Notes: generated by a model from the sequence alone, not told the origin. A DNA stretch of 64,000 bases from Chitinophagaceae bacterium (GCA_018335935.1 JAGXRG010000069.1:67976-131975); one strand, 5' to 3'; positions 46,814 through 57,395 are shown, counted from the first letter of the stretch. Numbers and translations: made by a program.

Positions 46814-47563
46814 TTATGTTGTATTTAATTGATGACTTGTTTTTCCAAATCTTCTTTCTCTATTCTGAAAATCTAAAATGGCTTCGTATAAATTTTGTTT
46901 TCGAAAAGCAGGCCAATAAGTTGGTGTAAAATGTAATTCTGTATAGGCAATTTGATATAATAAAAAATTGCTGATTCTAAATTCACCACTTGTTCTAATT
47001 AAAAGTTCAGGATCGGGAATGGAATGTGTACATAAAAATTGATTGAATATTTCTTGAGAAATATTTTCTGCTTTAATATCACCTTGTTCAACTTTTTTTG
47101 CTAATTGTTTAACAGCATGTATAATTTCCCATCTACTACTATAACTCAAAGCCATTACTAAATTTAAACCAGTATTAGTTGAAGTCATTTCGATGGCTTC
47201 TTCCAATTCTTTTAAAGCAAAAGCAGGCAACATACTTACATCACCAATAACATGAAGTTTAATTTTATTCTTGTTAAGGATTGGCACTTCTTTACGAATA
47301 GTTTCAACTAACAAGGTCATTAATCCATCCACTTCATTTTTGGGTCTATCCCAATTTTCTGTACTAAAAGCATAGAGCGTTAAATATTCAACTCCTAATT
47401 CAGCACAGCCTTCAACAATATTTCTTACACTTTCAACACCATGATAATGTCCAAATAATCTGTCTTGACCTTGCTCTTCGGCCCAACGGCCATTACCATC
47501 CATTATAATGGCAATATGTTTAGGCAATTTTTCTTTGTTGATTTGATGAATTAAATCGGACAT
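46814..47563 (-). CDS. uppS: isoprenyl transferase (undecaprenyl-diphosphate synthase)
   Basis: 249 aa with HIAIIMDGNGRWA and RTSGEFRISNFLLYQ motifs. Confidence 0.9.
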   Translation of the reverse strand: MSDLIHQINKEKLPKHIAIIMDGNGRWAEEQGQDRLFGHYHGVESVRNIVEGCAELGVEYLTLYAFSTENWDRPKNEVDGLMTLLVETIRKEVPILNKNKIKLHVIGDVSMLPAFALKELEEAIEMTSTNTGLNLVMALSYSSRWEIIHAVKQLAKKVEQGDIKAENISQEIFNQFLCTHSIPDPELLIRTSGEFRISNFLLYQIAYTELHFTPTYWPAFRKQNLYEAILDFQNRERRFGKTSHQLNTT

Positions 47564-47613
47564 GTTTTATTACAATAAGTGAACACAAAAATAATGATTA
47601 GAAAAAGAAACAA

Positions 47614-50340
47614 TTATTCCATATTTGGACTTAACCAACGTTGCATTACATCTGGACTCATACCTTTTCGTTTGGTATAATGTTCAAATTGATCTTGCTG
47701 AATTTTTCCAACTCCAAAATATTGGCTTTGAGGATGACTAAAATACCAACCACAAACACTACTTGCAGGAAACATGGCTAAACTTTCTGTAAGAATAATA
47801 CCCGTATTTTCAGTTGCATTCAACATTTCAAAAAGCTTATATTTTTCTGTATGATCTGGACAAGCAGGATAACCTGGTGCTGGGCGAATGCCTTGATATT
47901 TTTCTTTGATTAAATCTTCGTTACTTAAATTTTCTTCTTGTACAAAACCCCAAAAATCTAATCTGGTTTTTTTATGTAAGTACTCTGCAAATGCTTCTGC
48001 CAATCTATCTGCTAAGGCTTGTAACATAATTTTATTATAATCGTCTAATGCTGTTTCAAATGCTTTAATATGCGGTTCAATGCCATGAATGGTTACAGCA
48101 AATGCACCTAAAAAATCGTTAACCGTTGACTGCTGACCGTTGACTGTTGATGGATAAATAAAATCTGCTAAACTTAAATTCGGCTGACCCGGTGCTTTTT
48201 CAATTTGCTGACGTAAACACTCTAAATGAAAAGTTTTATTTTCTTTTGAAACTATAATTGTATCATCATTTGAATGAGCAGAAAAAAAACCTACAACGCC
48301 TTTAGGTGTAAGCCAATTTTCAGCAACTATTTTATCTAACAAAGCATTTGCATCATTATATAATTTGGTAGCTTCTTTTCCAATAATTTCATCAGTTAAT
48401 ATTTCTGGAAAATTGCCATGCATTTCCCATGCAATAAAAAATGGTTTCCAATCAATATACTCACGTAAATCAGATACGCTAATATTTTCAATTTTTTGAA
48501 CACCCGTTACATTTGGTTGTATTGGCTGATAATTTACCCAGTCAATCTTTGCTTTGTTTGTTACAGCATCTGTGTAGGCTAAGTATTTTTTTTGTACTTT
48601 TTTATTATCGAAACTCTCTTTGAGTTTTTTGTATTCTTCTTTAATATCAACTAAAAAATGTTCTTTAGTTTCTTTATTCAATAATGTTCCAGCAACTGTT
48701 ACACTTCTACTTGCATCTAATACATGTACAACCCCATGTTCGTATTCTTGAGCAATTTTAACAGCAGTATGCATTCTGCTTGTTGTAGCACCACCAATGA
48801 GTAAGGGAACGTTCATATTTCTACGTTTCATCTCTCGAGCAATGTGAACCATTTCATCAAGTGAGGGTGTAATTAATCCACTTAAACCAATAATTGCAGC
48901 ACTACATTTTACGGCTTCTTCTAAAATTTTGTCTGCAGCTACCATAACACCTAAATCAACAATATTGTAACCATTACAACCTAACACAACACCTACAATA
49001 TTTTTACCAATATCATGTACATCTCCTTTAACCGTAGCTAAAAGAATTGTTGCAGCACCTGCAGTTTCTTCGTTTACAGTACCTGCTTTGATGTGTGCAT
49101 TTTTTCTATCTTCTTTTTCTTGTTCAATAAATGGGGTAAGAATGGCAACAGATTTTTTCATAACCCTTGCCGATTTTACAACCTGAGGCAAAAACATTTT
49201 TCCAGCTCCAAATAAATCACCAACAATATTCATCCCATCCATTAAAGGGCCTTCAATTACATCCAATGGTTTTGGATATTTTTCATACGCTTCTAAAGTA
49301 TCTGCATCAATATATTCTGTAATTCCATTAACTAAAGCATATGATAATCTTTTTTCAACAGGTTCACTTCTCCAAGCTTCGTCTTTTTTCTCAGTTTTAT
49401 CTTTAGCTTTTACAGTAGTTGCAAATTCTATTAATTTTTCTGTGGCTTCGTTATTTTCATTGTTTCTATTTAAAATAACATCTTCACAAAGTTCTTTTAA
49501 ACTTAGTTCAATTTGATCGTATACTACTAACTGACCAGCATTTACAATGCCCATATCCATACCAGCTTTTATGGCATGATATAAAAAAACCGAATGCATG
49601 GCTTCACGAACAGGTTCATTACCACGAAAAGAAAATGATAAATTACTTACACCACCACTAATTTTTACAAGTGGATATTTTTGTTTGATGATTCTTGTAG
49701 CTTCAATAAAATCTACCCCATAGTTATTATGCTCTTCTAAACCTGTAGCAATAGCAAAAATGTTTAGGTCGAATATTATATCTTGTGGAGCAAAGCCAAC
49801 TTCTTCAACCAAAATTTTATAAGCACGTTCTGCAATTTCTACTTTTCTCTTTAAAGTATCTGCTTGTCCTTTTTCATCAAAAGCCATAACTATAACAGCA
49901 GCACCAAATGTTAAACAAGTATGTGCTTGTTCTATAAACTTCTCTTCACCTTCTTTCATTGAAATAGAATTCACAATGCATTTGCCTTGAACACATTTTA
50001 ACCCAGCTTCAATAATTTCGAATTTGCTACTATCAATCATTACAGGAATCTTAGCAATATCTGGTTCACTTTGTAAAAGATTTAAAAAAGTTGTCATGGC
50101 TTCTTTTCCATCTAACAAAGCATCATCCATATTTACATCAATGACCTGTGCACCATTTTCTACTTGCTGACGAGCAACGCTGAGGGCTTCTTCGTATTGA
50201 TTAGCTCTAATTAGTTTTGCAAATTTTTTTGATCCTGTAACATTGGTTCTTTCACCAACATTTACAAAATTGGTTTCTGGTCGTACCACCAATGGCTCTA
50301 ATCCACTTAATCTCAGATAAGGTTGTATAGTTGCTTGCAT
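47614..50340 (-). CDS. metH: cobalamin-dependent methionine synthase lacking the N-terminal homocysteine-binding domain
   Basis: 908 aa. Begins at the pterin-binding module (LRLSGLEPL...[13 protein letters not shown]). B12 motif GDVHDIGKN. AdoMet reactivation domain ([12 protein letters not shown]). Confidence 0.9.
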   Translation of the reverse strand: MQATIQPYLRLSGLEPLVVRPETNFVNVGERTNVTGSKKFAKLIRANQYEEALSVARQQVENGAQVIDVNMDDALLDGKEAMTTFLNLLQSEPDIAKIPVMIDSSKFEIIEAGLKCVQGKCIVNSISMKEGEEKFIEQAHTCLTFGAAVIVMAFDEKGQADTLKRKVEIAERAYKILVEEVGFAPQDIIFDLNIFAIATGLEEHNNYGVDFIEATRIIKQKYPLVKISGGVSNLSFSFRGNEPVREAMHSVFLYHAIKAGMDMGIVNAGQLVVYDQIELSLKELCEDVILNRNNENNEATEKLIEFATTVKAKDKTEKKDEAWRSEPVEKRLSYALVNGITEYIDADTLEAYEKYPKPLDVIEGPLMDGMNIVGDLFGAGKMFLPQVVKSARVMKKSVAILTPFIEQEKEDRKNAHIKAGTVNEETAGAATILLATVKGDVHDIGKNIVGVVLGCNGYNIVDLGVMVAADKILEEAVKCSAAIIGLSGLITPSLDEMVHIAREMKRRNMNVPLLIGGATTSRMHTAVKIAQEYEHGVVHVLDASRSVTVAGTLLNKETKEHFLVDIKEEYKKLKESFDNKKVQKKYLAYTDAVTNKAKIDWVNYQPIQPNVTGVQKIENISVSDLREYIDWKPFFIAWEMHGNFPEILTDEIIGKEATKLYNDANALLDKIVAENWLTPKGVVGFFSAHSNDDTIIVSKENKTFHLECLRQQIEKAPGQPNLSLADFIYPSTVNGQQSTVNDFLGAFAVTIHGIEPHIKAFETALDDYNKIMLQALADRLAEAFAEYLHKKTRLDFWGFVQEENLSNEDLIKEKYQGIRPAPGYPACPDHTEKYKLFEMLNATENTGIILTESLAMFPASSVCGWYFSHPQSQYFGVGKIQQDQFEHYTKRKGMSPDVMQRWLSPNME
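48118..48152. repeat. heptamer array, 5 units, inside the metH CDS
   Basis: gttaacc gttgact gctgacc gttgact gttgatg. Encodes [13 protein letters not shown] on the minus strand. Confidence 0.65.
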
Positions 50341-50363
50341 TGTTGCAAAAATAAGTGCAGTTC

Positions 50364-50398
50364 TATTAAGTTAATGGTTTAAACTTTAAGGATTAAGA
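50364..50398. repeat. TTAAG-type word array upstream of metH (approximately period 7)
   Basis: tattaag ttaatgg tttaaac tttaagg attaaga. Confidence 0.5.
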
Positions 50399-50420
50399 TG
50401 ATTTGTTCAATATTGGCTAC

Positions 50421-50458
50421 AAAAAAATCCCTATGAAATTACTACATTTCTTAGGGAT
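50421..50458 (-). terminator. terminator after the YegP-family gene
   Basis: On the minus strand: atccctaagaaat-gtagta-atttcatagggat followed by ttttttt. Confidence 0.75.
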
Positions 50459-50482
50459 TTACATAAAAGATAATGGAATCGT

Positions 50483-50845
50483 TTATGCAAGAACAGATTT
50501 TTCGTTTTCAACCGTTACAGTTTCGTCTTCAACTGTTGCCATAGGAGCATTGGTATGTACAGATTGAATTCCATTATCTTTAGCTGCTTCAGTTGTATAC
50601 ATTTGGCTAGAGCCTATGATTTGACCATTTGCAGCTTTAAGATTAAAATAATATTTTTCGTTAGATGAGTTTTTTGATTCGAATTTTGAGAGATCGGCAG
50701 CATTTGTTTTAACTGATTCAATTCCATTTAAACAACTTGATTTTAAACTATACCCTTGGCTACTTAAAATAACCTGTCCATTTCCTGCTTTTAAATTAAA
50801 TTGATATTCTCCATTTGTTCTTGCACTAATTATAAATTTTCCCAT
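50483..50845 (-). CDS. YegP family (tandem DUF1508) protein
   Basis: 120 aa. Two repeats of the pattern Y.FNLKA.NGQ.I.SSQ.Y.... Confidence 0.75.
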   Translation of the reverse strand: MGKFIISARTNGEYQFNLKAGNGQVILSSQGYSLKSSCLNGIESVKTNAADLSKFESKNSSNEKYYFNLKAANGQIIGSSQMYTTEAAKDNGIQSVHTNAPMATVEDETVTVENEKSVLA

Positions 50846-50954
50846 TACTGATTTGTTTTAAAGTGTTAAAAAATATTGTTATATGAACTTTTACATTCAA
50901 TGATAATAATATAAGCATTTTTTCTTGCAATTCCAAATTAATAAGCTTACAAAT

Positions 50955-50980
50955 ACAAAAAAGCCAGTAAATACTGGCCT
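50955..50980 (-). terminator. terminator after the carbonic anhydrase gene
   Basis: On the minus strand: gccagt-attt-actggc followed by tttttt. Confidence 0.6.
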
Positions 50981-51011
50981 TTCAAGAGATATAAATAAGA
51001 TGAAATAAATT

Positions 51012-51650
51012 TTAAACAATCAATGTATCCTCATAAAAAACAACTTCTCCTGTACTAATATTATGCATACCACCAACAATACCTATTTGATTTTTTTGAA
51101 TCATTTCATTTAGAATAGGACTTTTTTGTTTAATAAGTTCAATAGTTTGCTTAACATTAATTTCGGCAACATTTTGAACAAAAGTTTCATTTGTAGAGTT
51201 TCGATTATTAGGTGTTGATGTTTCTGCTAGTACAGCAGGTTTTATTTTAGATAATAATGTTGTTAAGTTTCCTAACTCAACATCATCGCAAGCACCTTTT
51301 ATGGCACCACATTTAGTATGACCAAGAACCACAACAATTTTAGAACCTGCTACTTTACAAGCAAATTCCATACTTCCTAAAATATCATCATTAAGAATAT
51401 TGCCGGCAATTCTAACACTAAATACATCTCCAAGACCTTGATCGAAAATTAATTCTGCGGAAGTTCTAGAATCAATACAACTTAAAATAACTGCAAAAGG
51501 ATGTTGGCCATCTGAAGTTTCATTTACTTGTTGTAAAAGATTTCTATTGGCCTTAAGATTATTCATGAATCTAACATTGCCCTCACGCAAGATTTCTATG
51601 GCACGTTTTGGTGTTATTTCAGATTGTAATTCTTTAGTTAAAGTTCTCAT
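51012..51650 (-). CDS. beta-class carbonic anhydrase
   Basis: 212 aa. Zinc ligand motifs SCIDSR and GHTKCGA. Confidence 0.85.
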   Translation of the reverse strand: MRTLTKELQSEITPKRAIEILREGNVRFMNNLKANRNLLQQVNETSDGQHPFAVILSCIDSRTSAELIFDQGLGDVFSVRIAGNILNDDILGSMEFACKVAGSKIVVVLGHTKCGAIKGACDDVELGNLTTLLSKIKPAVLAETSTPNNRNSTNETFVQNVAEINVKQTIELIKQKSPILNEMIQKNQIGIVGGMHNISTGEVVFYEDTLIV

Positions 51651-51668
51651 TTTATTTGTTTTTTGTAT

Positions 51669-53213
51669 TCAGTTAATTTCAATAAAATTTTTTGTTTCTA
51701 CAGCAATATTTTTTGTTTTTGCCTGCGTTTTAAAATCTTGAATAATTTCAACAACATCATAAGCAATAGACTTAGAGTTACTACAATCAATGATAACTTT
51801 AGAATTATTTGGTATTGAACTTAATGCTTTTATAACACTAGCTTTATTAAAGAAAGAAACTTCTTCTGCTAAAACAAAATGATGCACTTCAACCCCATCT
51901 TCAGTTGTTTTTACTTCTTTCATATGATAAGCATTTCTGAAACTATGGCGAAGTGTATAAAATATTCCAAACAACAAACCAATAGTGATACCCTTTAGCA
52001 AATCTGTCATTAAAATGGCAACAACTGTTGCTACAAATGGCATAAATTGTTCCCAGCCCAATTTATACATTTGTTTGAATAATGAAGGTTTAGCTAATTT
52101 ATAACCAACCATTATAAGAATAGCTGCTAAACTAGCAAGTGGAATCATATTCAATAAACCAGCAATTGTTATAGCACTTATTAATAAAAACACACCATGT
52201 AATATGGCACTCATTTTTGTTTTACCTCCAAAGTTGATATTGGCAGAACTACGAACAATAACTTGTGTTATTGGTAAACCACCTATTAATCCTGAAACTA
52301 CATTACCTAAACCCTGTGCTTTTAATTCTCTATTAGTTGGAGTAATACGCTTATCTGGGTCTAATTTATCTGTAGCTTCTACACACAACAAAGTTTCTAA
52401 ACTTGCTACAATAGCAATTACAAAACCGGTTTTATAAACTTCCAAATTGCTTAGCTGAGAAAAATCTGGGAAAGTGAATTGACTAAAAAAGTCAGACAAA
52501 TTATGAGCAACTGGCAATTGAACTACTTGATTGGGTAATAAGCTGTATGGTAAAATATTTTTCTGGTAGAAATAATTAAATAAAATACCCAAAACTACCA
52601 CAACAATTGGCCCTTGAATGAGTTGAAATATTTTACCTTTTTTTGTTAGATATACATCCCATATAATTAAAATAATCAAAGAAATTACTGCAATTAAAAC
52701 TGCCCCAGGTGTAACCCAATCAAAAGCGTTGCTTATTGTAGATAAAGTATTTTCTCCTCCTGCTTCAATAAATTGATCATCGCCTTCTGCAATTTTATCA
52801 TAACCTAAAGCATGAGGAATTTGTTTTAAAATAATCAACAACCCAATACCAGTTAGCATTCCTTTAATTACCGATGATGGAAAGAAATATGCTATAAATC
52901 CTGCTTTAGCAAAACCCATTATTAACTGTAAAATTCCACCAATAACAACTGCTAATAAAAAAGTTTCCCATGAATTAAGTGAATTAATAGCAGTTAGTAC
53001 AATAACAGCAAGACCCGCAGCTGGTCCACTTACTCCCAAGGGTGAACCACTTGCTATACCTACAACAATACCACCTATAAATCCAGCAATAATACCAGAA
53101 AACAAGGGGGCTCCAGAAGCTAATGCAATACCAAGACATAAAGGCACAGCTACAAAAAAGACTACAATACTAGCCGGCAAATCGTTTTTTATTTCTTTAA
53201 AATATTTAATCAT
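51669..53213 (-). CDS. SulP family inorganic anion (sulfate/bicarbonate) transporter with STAS domain
   Basis: 514 aa polytopic protein. The C-terminal ~100 aa are STAS-like. Sits directly upstream of the carbonic anhydrase. Confidence 0.85.
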   Translation of the reverse strand: MIKYFKEIKNDLPASIVVFFVAVPLCLGIALASGAPLFSGIIAGFIGGIVVGIASGSPLGVSGPAAGLAVIVLTAINSLNSWETFLLAVVIGGILQLIMGFAKAGFIAYFFPSSVIKGMLTGIGLLIILKQIPHALGYDKIAEGDDQFIEAGGENTLSTISNAFDWVTPGAVLIAVISLIILIIWDVYLTKKGKIFQLIQGPIVVVVLGILFNYFYQKNILPYSLLPNQVVQLPVAHNLSDFFSQFTFPDFSQLSNLEVYKTGFVIAIVASLETLLCVEATDKLDPDKRITPTNRELKAQGLGNVVSGLIGGLPITQVIVRSSANINFGGKTKMSAILHGVFLLISAITIAGLLNMIPLASLAAILIMVGYKLAKPSLFKQMYKLGWEQFMPFVATVVAILMTDLLKGITIGLLFGIFYTLRHSFRNAYHMKEVKTTEDGVEVHHFVLAEEVSFFNKASVIKALSSIPNNSKVIIDCSNSKSIAYDVVEIIQDFKTQAKTKNIAVETKNFIEIN

Positions 53214-53604
53214 TTAGGTTTTTAGGTTTTGTTTTATTAATAAAGTATTTGCATTGTAGTAATTAAGAACTATCAAGAATTCAATTATAGTTGATTCTAA
53301 CCCACAAGTAAAAATTTTAATTTTATTTAAAGAGGTTAATTCTAAATTTCATTATGAATGACATTTAGATATTTATTTTTTTAAAAAAGAACTTTTTAAA
53401 ACTTACTTTAAATCATCTAGAAAAAAATCAAGCAGTCTATCTCATTAAGATTTATGGTTCAATTTATGTTTAATGTATTTATTTTCTGCCTATATCTACA
53501 CTAAATCAGAATAAAGGTAATGATAATTGTATTTGAATACAATGAGATGCGAAATGATTTTTTTATTGTTTTAAATTTTGTAGAATTTGATCAACAAATT
53601 AAAT

Positions 53605-54207
53605 CTATTGATACCGATGTTTACCCACACTCCAACCATTTCTCGATAATAGCTTCTCACCACTTTCTATTGCACCAGTTTCCATTTCGGTACCCATAGA
53701 ATCATTCCAGCGATTTAAATAACCAAATAATGCAATAACTCCAAGCATTTCAACAATTTCACCTTCAGTCCAAAATTCTCTTAGTTTACTTGCAATTTGG
53801 TCATTAACAGCATTAGGAATTACTGAACTTGCCAATGCAAAGTCTAATGCAGCTCTTTCTGCATCTGTAAAAGAAGGGTGTGTTTGGTATTCCCAAATAT
53901 TTGAAAGTTGATTTTCTGAAGTACCATAACGCTCAGCAGCTCTAATAGTATGAGCTTGACAGTAATTACAACCTGCTGCATGGCTACTTATATATCCAAT
54001 AAGTCTTTTTAATGAGCTGGTTACTCTGCCTTTGTTTTCCATTACTGCTTTATTTAATTCTATAAAAGCATAAGCAATAGATGGACGATGGTACATTGTT
54101 TTAACACTATTAGGACAAAAGCCCAGTGTTTCATTATAAAAGTTTACTAGTTCTTGCAAAGCATTATCATGTTGCTCTGAAGCAGGAAAAACTAATGGTT
54201 GTTTCAT
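53605..54207 (-). CDS. carboxymuconolactone decarboxylase/AhpD-like peroxidase-related protein
   Basis: 200 aa with the CxxC motif AAGCNYCQAHT in an AhpD-like helical context. Confidence 0.7.
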   Translation of the reverse strand: MKQPLVFPASEQHDNALQELVNFYNETLGFCPNSVKTMYHRPSIAYAFIELNKAVMENKGRVTSSLKRLIGYISSHAAGCNYCQAHTIRAAERYGTSENQLSNIWEYQTHPSFTDAERAALDFALASSVIPNAVNDQIASKLREFWTEGEIVEMLGVIALFGYLNRWNDSMGTEMETGAIESGEKLLSRNGWSVGKHRYQ

Positions 54208-54213
54208 GTATAA

Positions 54214-55575
54214 CTAGTTCTTTTTATCTTCAAATAATTTATCCTTATCTGTCTTCAAAACTTTATCGCCTTCTTTTAATAACTTACTCACCAAGTTGTA
54301 TGGACCAGTTACTACTTCATCTCCTTCTTTTAAACCATTTACAATTTGAATATAGTTTAAATCTTGAATGGCTGTTTTTACTTTAACTTTTTTAACTTTT
54401 GTAGTTGCTTTATCATACACAAATACCACTTCTTCTAACTCTTCATTTACTACAGTTTGTTTATCATTATTATTAGATTTTTCTTTTTCAATATCGTCAG
54501 TATTTGCTTTAGATGGCTTTCCTTCTTTTACATCTCTGGTTGTTACAGCATTTAATGGAACACTCAGCACATCTATTTCTCTACGAGTTTGAATTTCTGT
54601 ACTAGCACTCATGCCTGGTCTGAAAGGAAAACGACCTTTTGTAATTAAATCGCTATAAGTTTCTTTCAATAAACGAATATGAACTTTGTAATTGGTCACA
54701 TCTGTTGTACCAGTTACTCCAAGACCTGTACTAGGATTTGCAATTTTGTATACTAACCCTTTAAATTTTCTGTTATTGTAAGCATCAACAGTAATTAAAG
54801 CAGTATCTCCAATTTTTACTTTTGGAATATCGTTTTCGCCAACATCAACTTGAGCAACTATGCTGTTCATATCAGCAATTCGCATCATTTCTGTACCCAC
54901 ATTAAAACTATTTCCAGCAACACGTTCTCCTTTTTTTACACTTAACAAACTCACCACTCCATTCATTGGAGAAATAATGGTTGTCCTAGATAAATCTTTG
55001 TCGGCTCTTTGTAATTGTGCTTGTGCACTTTGAATTCCAGCTTTGTTCGTTTTTAAACCCTCTTTAGCTGCATTATAATTTGCTTTAGCAGATATATAAC
55101 TTTGTTGAGCTTGTTCAAATTCGGCTTTTGAAATTACTTTTTCATCCAATAATTTTTTCTGACGATTATAATTAGTTTCTGCTTGATCTAAAGTTGCTTT
55201 TAAAGCTCCTAAACTTAAATTTACATTTTCGAATTGTGCTTGTGCTTGTGCAACACCAGCAGCTACTTGATCTCTTTGTGAAAGATAAATATCTGCATAA
55301 ATTTTTGCCACTACCTGACCTCTGAAAACACTGTCGCCTTCGTTCACCTTCAATTCAACAATCTCACCACTAATATCTGGGCTCACTTTAACTTCTATCT
55401 CTGGATAAATTTTTCCACTAGCATTTACTGTTTCAATAATGGTTCTTTTTGCTGCAGCTTCAATAATTGCCTTAGTACCTACATCTTTTCCAAAAACACC
55501 AGCTGCTTTTAAACCAATCATGGCTACTAATAAAACAACAATTCCTATAATAATCCAAAGTAGCTTCTTATTCAT
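54214..55575 (-). CDS. efflux transporter periplasmic adaptor subunit (HlyD/MacA-like)
   Basis: 453 aa. N-terminal TM, lipoyl motif (GEIVELKVNEGDSVFRGQVVAKI), coiled-coil hairpin and beta-barrel domains. No pump or permease gene is adjacent. Confidence 0.8.
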   Translation of the reverse strand: MNKKLLWIIIGIVVLLVAMIGLKAAGVFGKDVGTKAIIEAAAKRTIIETVNASGKIYPEIEVKVSPDISGEIVELKVNEGDSVFRGQVVAKIYADIYLSQRDQVAAGVAQAQAQFENVNLSLGALKATLDQAETNYNRQKKLLDEKVISKAEFEQAQQSYISAKANYNAAKEGLKTNKAGIQSAQAQLQRADKDLSRTTIISPMNGVVSLLSVKKGERVAGNSFNVGTEMMRIADMNSIVAQVDVGENDIPKVKIGDTALITVDAYNNRKFKGLVYKIANPSTGLGVTGTTDVTNYKVHIRLLKETYSDLITKGRFPFRPGMSASTEIQTRREIDVLSVPLNAVTTRDVKEGKPSKANTDDIEKEKSNNNDKQTVVNEELEEVVFVYDKATTKVKKVKVKTAIQDLNYIQIVNGLKEGDEVVTGPYNLVSKLLKEGDKVLKTDKDKLFEDKKN

Positions 55576-55673
55576 AATTCAATATTTTACTTACCAACAA
55601 ATGTAAAGCAGTTCATTTATAGTTTTTTTAGGAAATTGTAGGTGGTAAGAAGATTATATAAACGGGGAATTTT

Positions 55674-56195
55674 TTATTTTGCTTTCTCCACAATTTCACC
55701 CAACTCTCTATCTATTTCATTGTACTTACCATACTCCACTACTCTACCAATTTCTTCTCCTTTTTTATTTAACACAATAAAAGTGGGTACGTTTAAAATA
55801 TTATATTTTGTAGTTAATCCATCTGCACCACTTTTTTTTGCTCTATCAACGCCTACTAAAGTCAATTGTTTTAAAGGAAACTCGCTTTTATCTATGAGTT
55901 TATAAAACATAGGTAATAAGTTTTGTGTGTCTTCGCACCAAGTGCCACCAAAAGCTATTATTTTAATTTTACTTGAATGGCTTTTAATAGATGCCACAGC
56001 AGTTGCAGAAGGTTGAGCATATTTATAATTGTTAGCAAACCATGGAAAACTGGTATCTGATTCAATAATATCTCTATTAATTACACCTGTTAAAATTTTT
56101 TCATTTCCATTTTGTGTGGTGCTGTAATTAATTTTTTGAGTGCTAATACAACTCGAAAAAAAGAGTACAATGAATACAATAATAAAATTTTTCAT
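55674..56195 (-). CDS. thioredoxin-fold (TlpA-like) lipoprotein with a single-Cys motif
   Basis: 173 aa. Lipoprotein signal (FFSSC). The Trx-like segment IIAFGGTWCEDTQ reads WCxxT rather than WCxxC. Confidence 0.55.
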   Translation of the reverse strand: MKNFIIVFIVLFFSSCISTQKINYSTTQNGNEKILTGVINRDIIESDTSFPWFANNYKYAQPSATAVASIKSHSSKIKIIAFGGTWCEDTQNLLPMFYKLIDKSEFPLKQLTLVGVDRAKKSGADGLTTKYNILNVPTFIVLNKKGEEIGRVVEYGKYNEIDRELGEIVEKAK

Positions 56196-56756
56196 TTATA
56201 AATTGGCTTTTAATTCTAATAAAAATGCTTTAAGTTTTTGCAGAGATTCTTGCAATTGAAATTGTGTTTCAATTTTATGCTGATTGGCTTTAAGATAATC
56301 CTTGCTGCCTTCAATACTCAACTTTCTTACTCTTAATAAATAATAAATTGTTTTCAGATTTTTAATGTCTTCTGGTCGGTATAGCCTATCTCCTTTCCTA
56401 TTTTTTCTGGGCTGAAGAATAGTAAACTCGTTAGTCCAAAAACGCAATTGAGAAATGGTAATATTAAACCAACCTGCAACTTCACTTATTGAGTAATATA
56501 ATTTTTGATTGAGTTGAGCTTCGTCTGGAACATTAATTAAATCAACATCTGCATAAACTTCGTTAAAGGGTTTTCTACCTCTTTTACTTTTTACTTTCTT
56601 TACATCATTAACAGAAGCAGGCTTTGGCTTTCTACCTCTTTTGCTTTTTAGTGCCTCAATAGGTTCTGCATATACTTTTTCAGGTTTTGCAATAGGCTTC
56701 TTTGCAGGCTTGGGTTCTACGGGTAAACCAAATAAATCTAATTGTGCAAAACTCAT
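56196..56756 (-). CDS. MerR-family HTH protein with duplicated basic KSKRGRKP repeats
   Basis: Start taken at MSFAQLDLF (ATG at 56756, which avoids overlap with yidD). The C-terminal half YYSISEVAGWFNITISQLRFWTNEF...GDRLYRPEDI is MerR-like. Two KSKRGRKP(K/F) repeats lie upstream. Confidence 0.6.
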   Translation of the reverse strand: MSFAQLDLFGLPVEPKPAKKPIAKPEKVYAEPIEALKSKRGRKPKPASVNDVKKVKSKRGRKPFNEVYADVDLINVPDEAQLNQKLYYSISEVAGWFNITISQLRFWTNEFTILQPRKNRKGDRLYRPEDIKNLKTIYYLLRVRKLSIEGSKDYLKANQHKIETQFQLQESLQKLKAFLLELKANL

Positions 56757-56784
56757 AATGTAAAAATAAGCGTATTTCAATAAC

Positions 56785-57015
56785 TTAAGGAACAGGATCG
56801 TAACCTGTTTTTCCACCAGGGTGGCATTGACTCATTCTTTTAATGGTTAAACCAATTCCTTTTATAATACCATGCTTCTGTAAAGCTTCTTGTGCATATT
56901 GAGAGCATGTGGGCACAAACCTGCACTTGGGTCCAATTAAAGGAGATATACCATACTGATAAACTTTTATCAATAGTAAAAAGGGAAACATTGCTATTTT
57001 ATTGAGCCACTTCAT
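56785..57015 (-). CDS. yidD: membrane protein insertion efficiency factor YidD
   Basis: 76 aa with the motif [11 protein letters not shown]. Confidence 0.85.
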   Translation of the reverse strand: MKWLNKIAMFPFLLLIKVYQYGISPLIGPKCRFVPTCSQYAQEALQKHGIIKGIGLTIKRMSQCHPGGKTGYDPVP

Positions 57016-57394
57016 GTAAATAATTTATTTGCATTTTCTCAACTACTGCTTTCATTTTACTGTTTAAATAATTAAAATCAATTGGCATGTTTTTATCGAT
57101 GTAAAGAATAAACAAATTCACTTGATGCTGCTTCACCACATCGTAAATGGGTTGTTTGTTTAATCTGTACACTTCTCTCATTAAACGCTTTACTCTATTA
57201 CGCTGTACGGCTTTACTAAAGTTTTTTTTACTTACCCCAACACCACAGTGTATTGCTGCTTCGTTAGCACTATTAATCATATACATCACTTTAAATGGAT
57301 GTACTAAAAATGTATTGCCTTTACTAAAAAGCTGTTCTAACACTTTTCGGCTTTTAAGCCTTTCTGTTTTGTTGAATGAAAAGGGTTTTTTCAA
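56999..57394 (-). CDS. rnpA: ribonuclease P protein component
   Basis: 131 aa, basic, with the RNR motif [13 protein letters not shown]. Its 3' end overlaps the yidD start. Confidence 0.85.
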   Translation of the reverse strand: MKKPFSFNKTERLKSRKVLEQLFSKGNTFLVHPFKVMYMINSANEAAIHCGVGVSKKNFSKAVQRNRVKRLMREVYRLNKQPIYDVVKQHQVNLFILYIDKNMPIDFNYLNSKMKAVVEKMQINYLHEVAQ

Positions 57395-57395
57395 T

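Noticed and set aside
47614-50340. metH as a 5'-truncated pseudogene.
   Set aside because: The ORF is intact for 908 aa, and starts with an ATG exactly at a domain boundary. All B12, pterin and AdoMet motifs are preserved. It is more consistent with a split-gene architecture.
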